Source of the DNA: Ranitomeya imitator
Lineage: Eukaryota
Direction: 5' to 3'
DNA: 64,000 nucleotides
Assembly: GCF_032444005.1 (NCBI RefSeq)
Contig: NC_091283.1
Location: forward strand, 271,002,001-271,066,000
Made by a program: the position numbers and the translations under genes. Shown piece by piece: positions 49,270-61,120 of this stretch. The notes beneath the pieces were generated by a model. It made no database searches. It was not told the origin of the DNA and saw only the letters and a program-made list of their open reading frames with translations. Position 1 is the first letter of the stretch. Every line of letters starts with the position of its first letter.

Positions 49270-50838
49270 TTAGCTTTGGATTTGAATCCAGGCTGCAGAG
49301 CCATTACCATTTAACCAAAATGAAGCATGAAGAGGTTCGGTGAAGGTGGCAGTAAAAGTGTACAGGTGTTGAATAGGGGTGCTCAGCTGGTAAAAAGACA
49401 GCTGTCCGGCCTCGTAATCCAGATACACTCCAAACATAGCAGAAAGCAAATTATTGGTCACCGATAACTGGGCAAAGTTTTTCCCATGCACTGCTGCACA
49501 TTCGTTATAATTCCTCCACAAACACCAGGAGGCCTCACAGACACCATCTATAAAGGGGTAGCTCACACCAAACTTCCAGTTCCCCAATTTACTGGTGTCC
49601 AACACCCAGTAATGTTTCCCGGAAGAAAAAGTCTGGGTACTCAGAACCTCATTTTCTGGAGACCTCTCTGGGCAAATTGGTCGGTTTTGGTCTACGCAAG
49701 TAAACAATGCAGTCTTCAGGTCATCTGAGATACTTAGATTATTAGCGGCCGTGTTTACATCCAACGAGAGGTCCAAAGGATCCAGCAAAAACAGCCAGGC
49801 GTTCACATGGGCTGTCAGATCAGATACTTGGTCATGTATGGTCTTCTTGATCTGGTCCTCATCTAGATCACCTGTATCTATAATCGTCTGATCACACTCG
49901 TCTGCATCATTCTCTTGATCATAATGGACAAAGATTTGACAATTCGGGTCTTGTAAGACAAGTATGGGATCGGTCACCTTACACAAATCCTCGATCTGAC
50001 CCATTGTCCTGGACAGTTGGTTCTTCTTTGTCTCCAGCTCTTGGATCAGGGCTGAGACAACGTTTGACACTCGTTTCTCCTGGCTGGAGATCTCACTTAT
50101 GATACTTGTCTCTAGTTTCTCCAGCTGTCTTCTGATGTCAATGAACAGAGCCGAGACTTTATCTTGTATCTCTGCTGCTTTTTTGTTTTCATTTATCAGC
50201 CGTTCATGGAGATTCTGAATTTTTATTTTGGTTTCCTTCTTCTTCGAGGTCAACTTTTCCAGAACTTTGGCCATTTTTGTCTTCTTCTCCTCGGAGGCTT
50301 CTTCCAAGGATTGAACTCGGTGGCCTGGGTGGTCTCCATCCACCCGACAGTAGATGCAGATACAGGCCTCATCTTCAGGGCAGTAATACTCTAGGATCTT
50401 TCCGTGGGTCAAACATTTTCGGTTTTTCAGGGAAACGGTGGGGTCAATCAAGACGTGTTCCGAAGATTTGTTGTGGACGTCCAAGTGTTTTCCACACAGG
50501 GAAGCTTCACACAAGACGCAGGACGTCACGGCAAGCACCGGGCAGTGCAGGCAGTAGGTGCACATGATGGTGGCTTTACCTTGAGGACCCTCAGGGATCT
50601 GGAAGTATCTGACTATGCTCCTCAGGGTGATGTTCCTGTACAACGATGGCCGCTGACTGTACTCCTTCCTGCATTCGGGGCAGGTATAAATCCTGGTGTT
50701 GGAGTCCCTCTGAGAGTCCAGCAGACGAATGATACAGTCCTGGCAGAAGTTGTGTCCACATCTCAGGGTCACGGGGTCCAAGTAGATGCTCAGGCAGATG
50801 GAGCAGCTCAGCTCGTCCCTCAGATCGGTGGATGCCAT
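49270..50838 (-). CDS. TRIM-C: TRIM25/finTRIM-like E3 ligase, 522 aa, single coding exon
   Basis: ATG at 50838 (MASTDLRDELSCSIC) after acceptor tttcag|; all RING and B-box ligands present; PRY-SPRY with a shortened variable loop. Confidence 0.92.
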   Translation of the reverse strand: MASTDLRDELSCSICLSIYLDPVTLRCGHNFCQDCIIRLLDSQRDSNTRIYTCPECRKEYSQRPSLYRNITLRSIVRYFQIPEGPQGKATIMCTYCLHCPVLAVTSCVLCEASLCGKHLDVHNKSSEHVLIDPTVSLKNRKCLTHGKILEYYCPEDEACICIYCRVDGDHPGHRVQSLEEASEEKKTKMAKVLEKLTSKKKETKIKIQNLHERLINENKKAAEIQDKVSALFIDIRRQLEKLETSIISEISSQEKRVSNVVSALIQELETKKNQLSRTMGQIEDLCKVTDPILVLQDPNCQIFVHYDQENDADECDQTIIDTGDLDEDQIKKTIHDQVSDLTAHVNAWLFLLDPLDLSLDVNTAANNLSISDDLKTALFTCVDQNRPICPERSPENEVLSTQTFSSGKHYWVLDTSKLGNWKFGVSYPFIDGVCEASWCLWRNYNECAAVHGKNFAQLSVTNNLLSAMFGVYLDYEAGQLSFYQLSTPIQHLYTFTATFTEPLHASFWLNGNGSAAWIQIQS

Positions 50839-51925
50839 CTTGGCCTGAAACCAAAACTGCTCTACAGCACAATGTGCTTCCTGCCCTAGGAATGTGAGGT
50901 GGGGAGGAGACTCCCTCACCCTTTATTGGCCAGGCTGTGCATGCTGACCCTTTTTTTTTTTTTTTTTTAAAGGTGATGTTTCAGAGCTTATTGTTACTGC
51001 ACCTTAAAGGGATCCCAGAGCTTGGGAGGGTTTCTTCCAGAAAACATCCCCTATTGCTCTGGAACTGATAGAATTAAAAAAAAAACAACAACCTGTAAAC
51101 CCAGCAGATCAGGTTTCTCCATAATCAGTTGCTGGCCTCACTGGGAAGTGGTTTTAACTCTTTCCTTTCCAAATTGTGCTGCATTATTGCATTTATGCTT
51201 TTTTTTTGTGCTTATTTTTATATACCTTTTTTTTTCTTAATTTGAGCATTTTTTATGTCAATTTTATTTGTTTTTTTTTTTTGGTCCTTGAGTCCGATTC
51301 ATTAATTGCAACTTTTTTTTTTTAAAAAAAGGCAACATTTTTCTGGAGGGTTAACGCAATTTTTTGCGACATATTAACGAATTTGCGCTAAAAATTTGAC
51401 AACACGGGAAGATAGAAATAAATAGTATTTTTATTGGCGACATTTTGCCAAAAGACAAAAAATATAAAGAGACGATTCATGATTTTTTTTAGTCAATTTT
51501 CTGTTTTTTTTATCTGGCACTCAGACTTTTTTTGCGCCAAATTATTCTAGACGGCGCTGGATTTAATTAAAACTAAAAATTGTTCCTTGTTTTTGTTGTA
51601 AATCTTTTTTGCAGCTTTTTAGATCTTTTTGAAGAGTTTTAGGTGCAGAACTGCTCAAAAAAATCCTGAAAAAATGCTTGGAAAATCTTCATTTATATGA
51701 GAAATCCGCTTTGCTGTTCTTCATCATTTTCTAGAATTTTTTAGTACTAGAGGGACTAAAAAAGTCTAAATTAGATAATAAATGATGGTCAAAATCTAAA
51801 GTAAAGAAAAGATTAACACAAAGTAGAAAAGGCATGGAGGATGTAATCTTCAGAGGAAGACATTCCTCAGAAAGGAAAAATGTAGAAGCAATGAAGAAAT
51901 CCCTACAAAAAGGAGGTCATACTAA

Positions 51926-52308
51926 AGGTACCTTCACACTCACCAACTTTACAACGAGAACGACAATGATCCGTGACGTTGCAGCGTCCTGGATAGCGAT
52001 CTCGTTGTGTTTGACACGCAGCAGCGATCTGGATCCCGCTGTGATATCGCTGGTCGGAGCTAGAAGTCCAGAACTTTATTTGGTCGTCAGGTCGGCGTGT
52101 ATCGTCGTGTTTGACAGCAAAAGCAACGATGCCTGCAATGTTTTACATGGAGCCAACAACCAGCTACAACGAAAAGTGAGTAGCCGTTATGTCACTGGAT
52201 CGTTCCTGCATCGTTCTGGAGCTGCTGTGTTTGACGTCTCTACAGCGACGCTGCAGCGATCGGCTCGTTGTCTATATCGCTGCAGCATCGCTGAGTGTGA
52301 CGGTACCT
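51926..52308. mobile_element. PIF/Harbinger-type MITE (383 bp), related to 17318-18770
   Basis: TAA|AGGTACCTTCACAC ... GTGTGACGGTACCT|TAA. Confidence 0.88.
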
Positions 52309-52329
52309 TAAGGAGAGATGAGGGGCACA

Positions 52330-52820
52330 TCAAGGAAGCCACACCAAGAACACATGCCAAGGAAGACAAGCCAAGGAAGCCACGCCATGGAATCCACATC
52401 CAGGAAGCCATGCCAAGGAAGCCACATCAATGAAGCCACACCAAGAAAGTCACATGAAGGAAGCCACCCCAAGAAAGCTACACCAAGATAGTCATATCAA
52501 TGAAAACACACCAAGGAAGCCACACCAAGAAAGTCACATGAAGGAAGCCACACCAAGAAAGCCACATCAAGGAAGCCACGCCAAGAAAGCGACACCAAGG
52601 AAGCCACACCAAGGAAGCCACACCAAGGAAGTCACACCAAGGAAGCCACACCAAGGAAGTCACACCAAGGAAGCCACACCAAGAAAGTCACATGAAGGAA
52701 GCCACACCAAGAAAGCCACATCAAGGAAGCCACGCCAAGAAAGCGACACCAAGGAAGTCACACCAAGGAAGTCACACCAAGGAAGTCACACCAAGGAAGC
52801 CACACCAAGCAAGTCACATC
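52330..52820 (+). repeat. 15-bp minisatellite (CCAAGGAAGCCACAC)n, degenerate
   Basis: Tandem periodicity. Confidence 0.85.
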
Positions 52821-53349
52821 AACATTTTGGGCTTGTGCCCTCCCTCCCATGTTACGCCACCTCATTAATGTAGGCAGGTATGTTTAGAGGTGGTCGTTTG
52901 TAAGATTCCATATGGACGTTGTGATTCCATATGGACGTTGTGAACAATGGAGTCTTGGTCGCTCAGATCAACAGACGACCATGGAAAAGCAGAGTAAAAT
53001 GTTCCAAAAAATTGTGTGTAGAGCTCGTCTTTAGTTTTTCCAATTTGTAAAGTTAATTTTTACCATGTAACCTGGGATTGTCCTAGAACGTAAGCCTTGA
53101 TTCACTGGAGATTGTAGAGGGACAGCATGCATTGTGTACTGATGTAAGCCATGAGCTTAAAATGCAAAGTGCAAAGGTTAGAAAGCTGCTGGATCGACGA
53201 CCATCTGGCCAACAGCCGTCTTTTCAGGTGCTTCTGTGTTTTCCACTAGACTCCTCTGTCCAATGGGCTTGTTGGGTACCTTTAGGGCTCCCCTAGGCTC
53301 CAGGGCCTGGGTGTGATTGCAACCTCCGTACCTATTATAGTCATGCCCC

Positions 53350-54140
53350 TGCAGCTGTCTCTTCTAGACCCTGCTATCCCCTCCAGTCTCCTCCATATCC
53401 TACATAATGCCATGTCCCCTCCAGACTCCGTCTTTTCCTGACACCTCCATCCCGTACAGTCTCCCTAGACTCTTAGGTCTCCTCCATCCTCATTTGTTTT
53501 TTGCCAGACTCCCTGTCCCCTCTGTTCCTTCCAGGCTCCTCTGTTCTCCTCCAGAAGTATCTGTACCTTCCAGACCCCTCTGCCCTCTTACAGACTCCTC
53601 TAGTCTCCCCTGTCTTCCTCCAGACTCCTCTGTCCTCCTCCAGACCCCTTGGTCTCCTCAAGACTCCTATGTCTCCTCCAAACAACCTGTCCCCTCCAGA
53701 CTCCTCCTTCGTCTTACCAAATCCTCTGTCTCTTCCAGACTCTTCTTTCCTCTCCCAGACTCCTTGGTCCCCTCCAGACCCCTGTCTGCCTATGACCTGT
53801 CACTTTCAGAACCATCTGTCCTCTCACAGAATCTTTTGTCCTCTCACCTCTTCCAAACTCCTCTGCCCTCTTCAGTACTTCTCTGTCCTCCTCCAGGTTC
53901 CCCTGAAGACTCCTCTAGACCCCCTATCTTCCTCCAGATCCCTGTCTCCTCCAGTCCAATATGTCCATTCCCCAACAACCCTCACACAGTTTCCACCCCT
54001 CTGTCCCTTCTAGACCCCTCTGTCCCTTCTAGAACCCTCTGTCCCTTCCAGAATCCTCTGACCCTTCCAGACTCCTGCTTTCTTCTCCAGTCTCCCTGGT
54101 CCCCTCCATACTCCAGACTCCTCTGTCACCTCCAGACTCT
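53350..54140 (+). repeat. CT-rich degenerate repeat (CCAGACTCCTCTGTC-like)
   Basis: Low-complexity pyrimidine-rich tract. Confidence 0.75.
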
Positions 54141-55019
54141 TTTGGCATCGACTTATTTCCCGGAGAACAGTAAGATTGGCAGATGGAAGGCCACATTTGC
54201 TTTACCCTGTGTATGAAGATTGTGGGTTCAAATACAGGAATAACGAACAAAAAAGAAAAAAAATGACATTTTTGTAATTGCTTTTTATTATTTTTATAGG
54301 AACAAAAAAATCTGACTTTTTTTTACCTCTAGTATACAGGGAACATAGAGATACAGTGTATGTAGCAGTGTATTTCTATGTACCAGTATAATCTGCTTAT
54401 GGGCTCACTGCCTTCAATACAGATCAAGATTATCAAGTTCTACAATATTATGGGCTTTGGCTCATAGATGGATCTCGTGCCTGCGATTACAGGAGAAGTG
54501 AATATTATAATTTATGTCAGTGCAGAGAGATGCGGTCCCAGCCCTCGAGGAGGAGCAACAGAGCGATGACAACATCGGCGAGAGGTATTAGAAAATGGGA
54601 CAATTCCCTGACGTAACGGGACTGACCGAACCCTCAAATCGGGACAGTCCAGCTGAATCCAGTGCGGTTGGGAGTGATGCCTACACGTGCATGCTAGCTT
54701 CAGCTGAGCGTACATGTATTTTCGATATATTTGGTGGTTTATCCTCCCCGAGAACAAAAGGACCGTTCATTTAATTCCCTCTTAAAGGGAAGCTATGACA
54801 GAAAATGACATTTATTGCAGTGCTTTGGGGTAAATGTATTTTTGTTTCATTTTTGGAAATGTTTTTTCTTCTGTATCACAATCTGTACTCTCTATTGTAT
54901 ATAGAGGTGTTATCAGTCGTACAGCAGGAGGAGGTGAGCTGTGACATCACCTATTGTCAATGGTGGATCCTGTGTTAATCAGCTGGGTATAGTCATTGTA
55001 ATCCTGACTCTGATAGGGA

Positions 55020-56500
55020 AACCTGTATCGGCCAAAGAAGCCCTCGCTCTACAGGTATGAGCCAAAGAAGCCCCCACTTTATATGTATTGGCGTAAGATG
55101 CCCCCGATCTACAGCTATCGGCCAAAGATGCCCCCGATCTACAGCTATCGGCCAAAGAAGCGCCCACTCTAGAGGGATCGGCCAAAGAAGCCCACGCTCT
55201 ACAGGTATCGGCCAAAGAAGCCCACGCTCTACAGGTATCGGCCAAAGAAGCCCTCGCTCTACAGGTATCGGCCAAAGAAGCCCCCGCTCTACAGGTGTCG
55301 GCCAAAGAAGCCCCCGCTCTACAGCTGTCGGCCAAAGAAGCGCCCACTCTACAGGTGTCGGCCAAAGAAGCGCCCACTCTACAGGTGTCGGCCAAAGAAG
55401 CCCCTCTCTCTACAGGTGTCGGCCAAAGAAGCCCCTCGCTCTACAGGTGTCGGCCAAAGAAGCCCCTCGCTCTACAGGTGTCGGCCAAAGAAGCCCCTCG
55501 CTCTACAGGTGTCGGCCAAAGAAGCCCCTCGCTCTACAGGTGCCGGCCAAAGAAGCCCCTCGCTCTACAGGTGTCGGCCAAAGAAGCCCCTCGCTCTACA
55601 GGTGTCGGCCAAAGAAGCCCCTCGCTCTACAGGTGTCGGCCAAAGAAGCCCCTCGCTCTACAGGTGTCAGCCAAAGAAGCCCCCGCTCTACAGGTGTCGG
55701 CCAAAGATGCTCCCGCTCTACAGGTGTCGGCCAAAGATGCACCCGCTCTACAGGTGTCGGCCAAAGATGCACCCGCTCTACAGGTGTCGGCCAAAGATGC
55801 ACCCGCTCTACAGGTGTCAGCCAAAGAAGCCCCTCTCTCTACAGGTGTCAGCCAAAGAAGCCCCTCTCTCTACAGGTGTCGGCCAAAGAAGCCGCTCTCT
55901 CTACAGGTGTCGGCCAAAGAAGCCCCTCGCTCTACAGGTGTCGGCCAAAGAAGCCCCTCGCTCTACAGGTATCGGCCAAAGATGCTCCTGCTCTACAGGT
56001 GTCGGCCAAAGATGCTCCTGCTCTACAGGTATCGGTCAAAGAAGCCCCTGCTCTACAGGTATCAGTCAAAGAAGCCCCCGCTCTACAGGTGTCGGCCAAA
56101 GATGCTCCTGCTCTACAGGTGTCGGCCAAAGATGTTCCTGCTCTACAGGTATCGGCCAAAGAAGACAGGTATCGGTCAAAGAAGCCCCCGCTCTACAGGT
56201 GTCGGCCAAAGATGCCCCTCTCTCTACAGGTGTCGGCCAAAGATGCTCCTGCTCTACAGGTATCGGTCAAAGAAGCCCCTGCTCTACAGGTATCGGTCAA
56301 AGAAGCCCCCGCTCTACAGGTGTCGGCCAAAGATGCTCCTGCTCTACAGGTGTCGGCCAAAGATGCTCCTGCTCTACAGGTATCGGCCAAAGAAGCCCCT
56401 GCTCTACAGGTATCGGTCAAAGAAGCCCCCGCTCTACAGGTATCGCCCAAAGAAGCCGTTGCTCTACAGGTATCAGCCAAAGAATCCCTCCCACTACAGG
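55020..56500 (+). repeat. 30/31-bp minisatellite (CTCTACAGGTGTCGGCCAAAGAAGCCCC[T]CG)n
   Basis: Tandem periodicity with mixed 30- and 31-bp units. Confidence 0.93.
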
Positions 56501-57067
56501 TATCTGAGGTATATGACACCAGAAGATTGAGAAGAAATGTTTAAGAGTTTTGCCTCTTCGGTAAGTGAAACTTTTATATTTACAGTCACTTACTCATGAC
56601 CTTTACACAACTTTTAACAGCTCATTTACAGCATAATAAATACATAAAGATCTTTACCTTTATCTTATAATTTACACTCATATTTGGGGCCACTTGGAAT
56701 ACAATGATAAGGAATTGGATAGTATTAGAGAAGAAACAAATTTAACTTACAAGCATCTTTGACTCAATTTTTGGCCACTAAAATCAGGGGAAATATAATG
56801 GCTTGCAGTTTCCAAGACTCTCCAGGGGCTGCTGGATTGTTCTTTATTTTTTACCCTTCGTGAATATAGGGAGTTTTGCACATAAAAGTAGGAGGTTCAT
56901 ACATAATAGTAAATAGCAAAATTCACAACTGTATAAGTAAAAGACATTGTGTCCGTCCAACTTATACACACCCAGCATTAGTTCTTTGTGCCGATGTTCT
57001 CTTGAGAATTCCCCCACCCTGTGAGATTTGGCAGGTCAGAAGACATTACATTGGCAATGCTCTCGCA

Positions 57068-58648
57068 TCATTTTAGCTTTTGGTAGTGTGCTATTCTCAC
57101 CCTACAGTCTTCTTGGTTTTTACCCCCAGGTACCCAAAATGCGGCATGGAGGGGCTCAGTGAAAGTGGCCGTGAAGGTGTACAAATGTCTCTCCAGGTCC
57201 TTCATTTCATAGAAGGATATCTGCCCGGCCTCGTAATCCAGACTGATCTTCAGTCGGTGGCAGGAGATATTGTGCGGTAATATTACTGTCTGTTTGCCAT
57301 CATGCCTCATAATGAACTTATTATTAAACCCCCATAGACCCCAGGACTTATTATTGACCCCAATGACTGAGGAGTTCCCTTTTCTCTCTACACTGGGATA
57401 ACACATCCCGACTGCCCAACCTTCGGATTTACTGATTTCCACCTCCCAACGATGTCGTCCTGAAGAAAAATTCTCAATGCTTAAGACTTGAAAGCACTGG
57501 AATCGGTGCGGCGTTTCTGGACGATTCTGGCTTTCTTCTGACCAGGAGATGGTCCTCAAGTTGTCTGATATAAGCAGGTTATTAGCTGCCGTGTCTATGT
57601 CCAGCAATAAGTCTGTAGGTTCCCGCCAGTCATTGACTCCATCTGCAACGTCCATCATGTTAGATAATCCTACGTGCAGCATCTGTGAGATCAGATCTTC
57701 ATCCAGACCACCCACGACACATGGCTCCTTCTCATACTCGTCCTCCTCAATACCACAAACGTAGGTTTCATCTGGTTCCTGGAGAATTATCAGCGGGTCA
57801 ATGATGTTAAGAAGCTGTCCGACATGGTCCATCTTACTGTACAGCTCATCCTTCTCGATTTCCAGATGTCTGCTCAGATCCGAGACAGACAATGACACTT
57901 GTTCTACTTGTCTGGAGATCTCGCTTAGGACCTTGTTGGTCAGAACTTCCAGCTGTTCCCTCATGTCTCCTTGCATGGACCTGACTCTTCTAAAGACACC
58001 TGCTGCTTTCGCCTGAATCTTTTTGTCATGCCAGTTCAGGCTCTGAATCTTTAGCTCAGCCTTTTTCCTCTTGGAAGACAACTGATCAAGGATTTTTGAG
58101 AGCTTCTCCTTTTTACTTTTGGTCGCATCGTCTAGTGACTGAACGTGATGACCTTGGAGCTCACAATCTCGCTTGCACAACTGACAGAGACATACCGAGT
58201 TCTTGGAACAGAAATACTCCAGGATCTTCTTGTGATAAGAGCATTTTCTGCTCTCCGGAGATGTTTTCGGCTCAGAGAAGACATGTTTTGGTGACTTACT
58301 GTGGAATCTCAGATGATGGTCACAGAGGAAAGCCTCACAGTGCTGGCAGCAAATAACAGTGGCCACTTTGCCCGGGAGACAGTAGGCACAGAAGTTGTCT
58401 TCTAGCTGCAAAGTGTGGAAACGTTGGGCTATATTCGTCAAAGCCAAGTTCTTCTTCAGCGTGTGACGTTCTGGTAGACTTTCTCTGCATTCACGGCAGT
58501 TGTAGAACCCGGTTCTGTCCTGACCATCCAAGAAATTATCTATACAAATCTGGCAAAAGTTGTGTCCACAATGTAAGGTGACAGGATCTCTGAAGATGCT
58601 CAGGCAGATGGAGTAGTTTAGCTCTTCCCTCAGATCAGAAGATGCCAT
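57068..58648 (-). CDS. TRIM-D: TRIM25/finTRIM-like protein, 526 aa, first RING cysteine replaced by tyrosine
   Basis: ATG at 58648 after acceptor ccttcag|; LNYSIC instead of LSCSIC; open frame through a complete PRY-SPRY. Confidence 0.87.
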   Translation of the reverse strand: MASSDLREELNYSICLSIFRDPVTLHCGHNFCQICIDNFLDGQDRTGFYNCRECRESLPERHTLKKNLALTNIAQRFHTLQLEDNFCAYCLPGKVATVICCQHCEAFLCDHHLRFHSKSPKHVFSEPKTSPESRKCSYHKKILEYFCSKNSVCLCQLCKRDCELQGHHVQSLDDATKSKKEKLSKILDQLSSKRKKAELKIQSLNWHDKKIQAKAAGVFRRVRSMQGDMREQLEVLTNKVLSEISRQVEQVSLSVSDLSRHLEIEKDELYSKMDHVGQLLNIIDPLIILQEPDETYVCGIEEDEYEKEPCVVGGLDEDLISQMLHVGLSNMMDVADGVNDWREPTDLLLDIDTAANNLLISDNLRTISWSEESQNRPETPHRFQCFQVLSIENFSSGRHRWEVEISKSEGWAVGMCYPSVERKGNSSVIGVNNKSWGLWGFNNKFIMRHDGKQTVILPHNISCHRLKISLDYEAGQISFYEMKDLERHLYTFTATFTEPLHAAFWVPGGKNQEDCRVRIAHYQKLK

Positions 58649-59999
58649 CACAGAGAGCTGAAGGAAACAATCTGAAGAAACTCTTCCTCTTCTTCAAAAC
58701 TATATACAATCCTCCTTGAGATGACATTCATGGGATTTGCATAATTGTGAAGTCCAAGAATGTTAATGGTTTTACAAACTTTACGAGGAGAGATTACTGA
58801 TAATTCTGTTTTCTTCTGCACTGAAACTGTAAAGATGGAGGAAAGCTATTGGCACCTCCTGAACTTTGAAGCTGGAGGTGGAAAGCGATGAAGCTAGGAA
58901 TAAACTAATAAAAGTGTCGGAGGAGGCACGGCGGTCAATGACTCAATATTGTGTTCAGATTTTGGTGTCACTCCAGGGGCATCCGGAGAACAAGACCCTG
59001 CACATACTCGTTGAAGAGTATGGTGGAGCAGAGAGCCACAGACTCCCGGCTCCACCATGTATGCTCGTATGTCAAAGCCACACCAAGAACTAGGCCTATA
59101 TTGTATTAAGGGACAAAAAGTGGCACCTACTGGCTGGGGACAATGTGGCCCTACATTAGTTTCTTGGCCATTATTACTATCTGGGGCACTATAGGTGAGG
59201 AGTCTGTATAGAGGGGGGGTGTTTGCTGGAAAAAGTGAGGTGTCCATGAGGTCTGTGTGGCAAATTCTGCATACATAAGTAGCTAAAAAAAGTGTTCATG
59301 GTGGTCTGGGTCAGATGGAAAAGATGGAGAAAAAGTGACCAGCTCGAACCAGAGATGTCACCTCAGAACCTCAGTGTATCCAGCACCATATGGTCCCTGT
59401 TGGTGATCCTTGCCACCATGTGGTCCTTACATGGCGGTATTATTAATGATGGCCTTGGTGTTCGAGGTTTCGCTCAGTAACAGTGCAGTGGTCATATCTT
59501 CTCCTTGTGTGGTCTTATTATAAGCTGCTGCCTCTGATATTAGGGGAGACATGGAGGGAAGTAATTTTGGAGTCATCCATGTTGCAGCGTGTATATCGCT
59601 ATATGGGCACGGTATATTGTGGAGGTCGTTTGCTGTGAACTCTTAACCCGAAACTCACTTATCTTCTTTCTTCAGCTCCAGGAAATATTAGAAACAAGGT
59701 CAAGTAAGAGGCGGAAAAAAGGAACATGTGAACTCTGCACAAAGTAGGATACACGGCTTCATGCAAGGCTTCCTGTAATTCTACCGATTCCAGCCCTAAT
59801 GGCTAAAAATTACCAAGAGGACGAGAAAGAAGAAGAGACAAGTTCTCCGAGTGTCCAAGGGAAGGGGCCCAACACGTGCCGTCATGGACCCCATCAGTCA
59901 GGCATAAGAGACGCGTGGAGATCAGACATATGTCCACATCACCTGCGAGGCAGACTATTACATCATAGCTTGCACTTTTTTCCTTATTTCTGTATTGGT

Positions 60000-61120
60000 T
60001 CTACTGCTGACACTATGGCTGGTACTGTGTGCGCGCTATTGCCGGTGCCATGACTGGTACTGTGAGCGCGCTATTGCCGATGCCATGAGTGGTAATGTGG
60101 GCGCGCTATGGGCAGTACTGTGTACGCGATACTGCCGGTGCTATGACTGGTGCTGTGTACGCGCTACTGCCGGTACTATGACTGGTACTGTGTGCGCGCT
60201 ATTGCCGGTGCCATGACTGGTACTGTGTATGCGCTACTGTCGGTGCCATGACCGGTACTGTGGGCGTGCTATTGGCAGTACTGTGTACGTGCGCTACTGC
60301 CGGTGCTGACTGGTACTGTGTGCGCGCTATTGCCGATGCCATGACTGGTACTGTGTGCATGCTACTGCCGGTGCCATGACTGGTACTGTGTGCACGCTAC
60401 TGCCGATGCCATGACTGGTACTGTATACGTGCGCTACTGCCGGTGCTGTGACTGGTACTGTGTTCGCGCTACTGCCGGTGCTGTGACTGGTACTGTGTAC
60501 GCACTACTGCCGGTACTGTGACTGGTACTATGTACGCACTACTGCCGGTGCTGTGACTGGTACTATGTACGCGCTACTGCCGGTACTGTGGGCGTGCTAG
60601 TGGCAGTACTGTGTACGTGCGCTACTGCCGGTACTGTGACTGGTACTGTGGACGTGCTATTGGCAGTACTGTGTACGTTCGCTACTGCCGGTACTGTGAC
60701 TGGTACTATGTACGCGCTACTGCCAGTGCTGTGACTGATACTATGTACGCGCTACTGCCGGTACTGTGACTGGTACGGTGTACGCGCTACTGCCGGTACT
60801 GTTACTGGTACTGTGGGCGTGCTATTGGCAGTACTGTGTACGTGCGCTACTGCCGGTACTGTGACTGGTACTATGTACGCGCTACTGCCGGTGCTGAGAC
60901 TGGTACTATGTACGCGCTACTGCCGGTGCGGTGACTGGTACTATGTACGTGCTACTGCCGGTACTGTGACTGGTACTATGTACGCGCTACTGCCGGTACT
61001 GTGTACGCGCTACTGCCGGTACTGACTGCGCTACTGTGACTGGTACTATGTACGCGCTACTGCCAGTGCTGTGACTGGTACTATGTACGCGCTACTGCCG
61101 GTGCTGTGACTGGTACTGTG
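60000..61120 (+). repeat. ~35-bp GC-rich minisatellite (GACTGGTACTGTGTACGCGCTACTGCCGGTGCTGT)n; resumes at 62806-62965
   Basis: Tandem periodicity on both sides of the 61121-62805 insertion. Confidence 0.9.

Noticed and set aside
51834-52873. ORFs 51834..52433 and 52430..52873
   Set aside because: They read through a Harbinger MITE and a 15-bp repeat.
55057-56544. 495/411/363-aa repeat ORFs (ALQVSAKEAP)
   Set aside because: Mixed 30/31-bp units shift frame repeatedly, so there is no selection for one frame.
58660-59700. Interferon-stimulated response elements upstream of TRIM-D
   Set aside because: Only partial GAAA-N-N-GAAA matches were seen and the transcription start is unknown.
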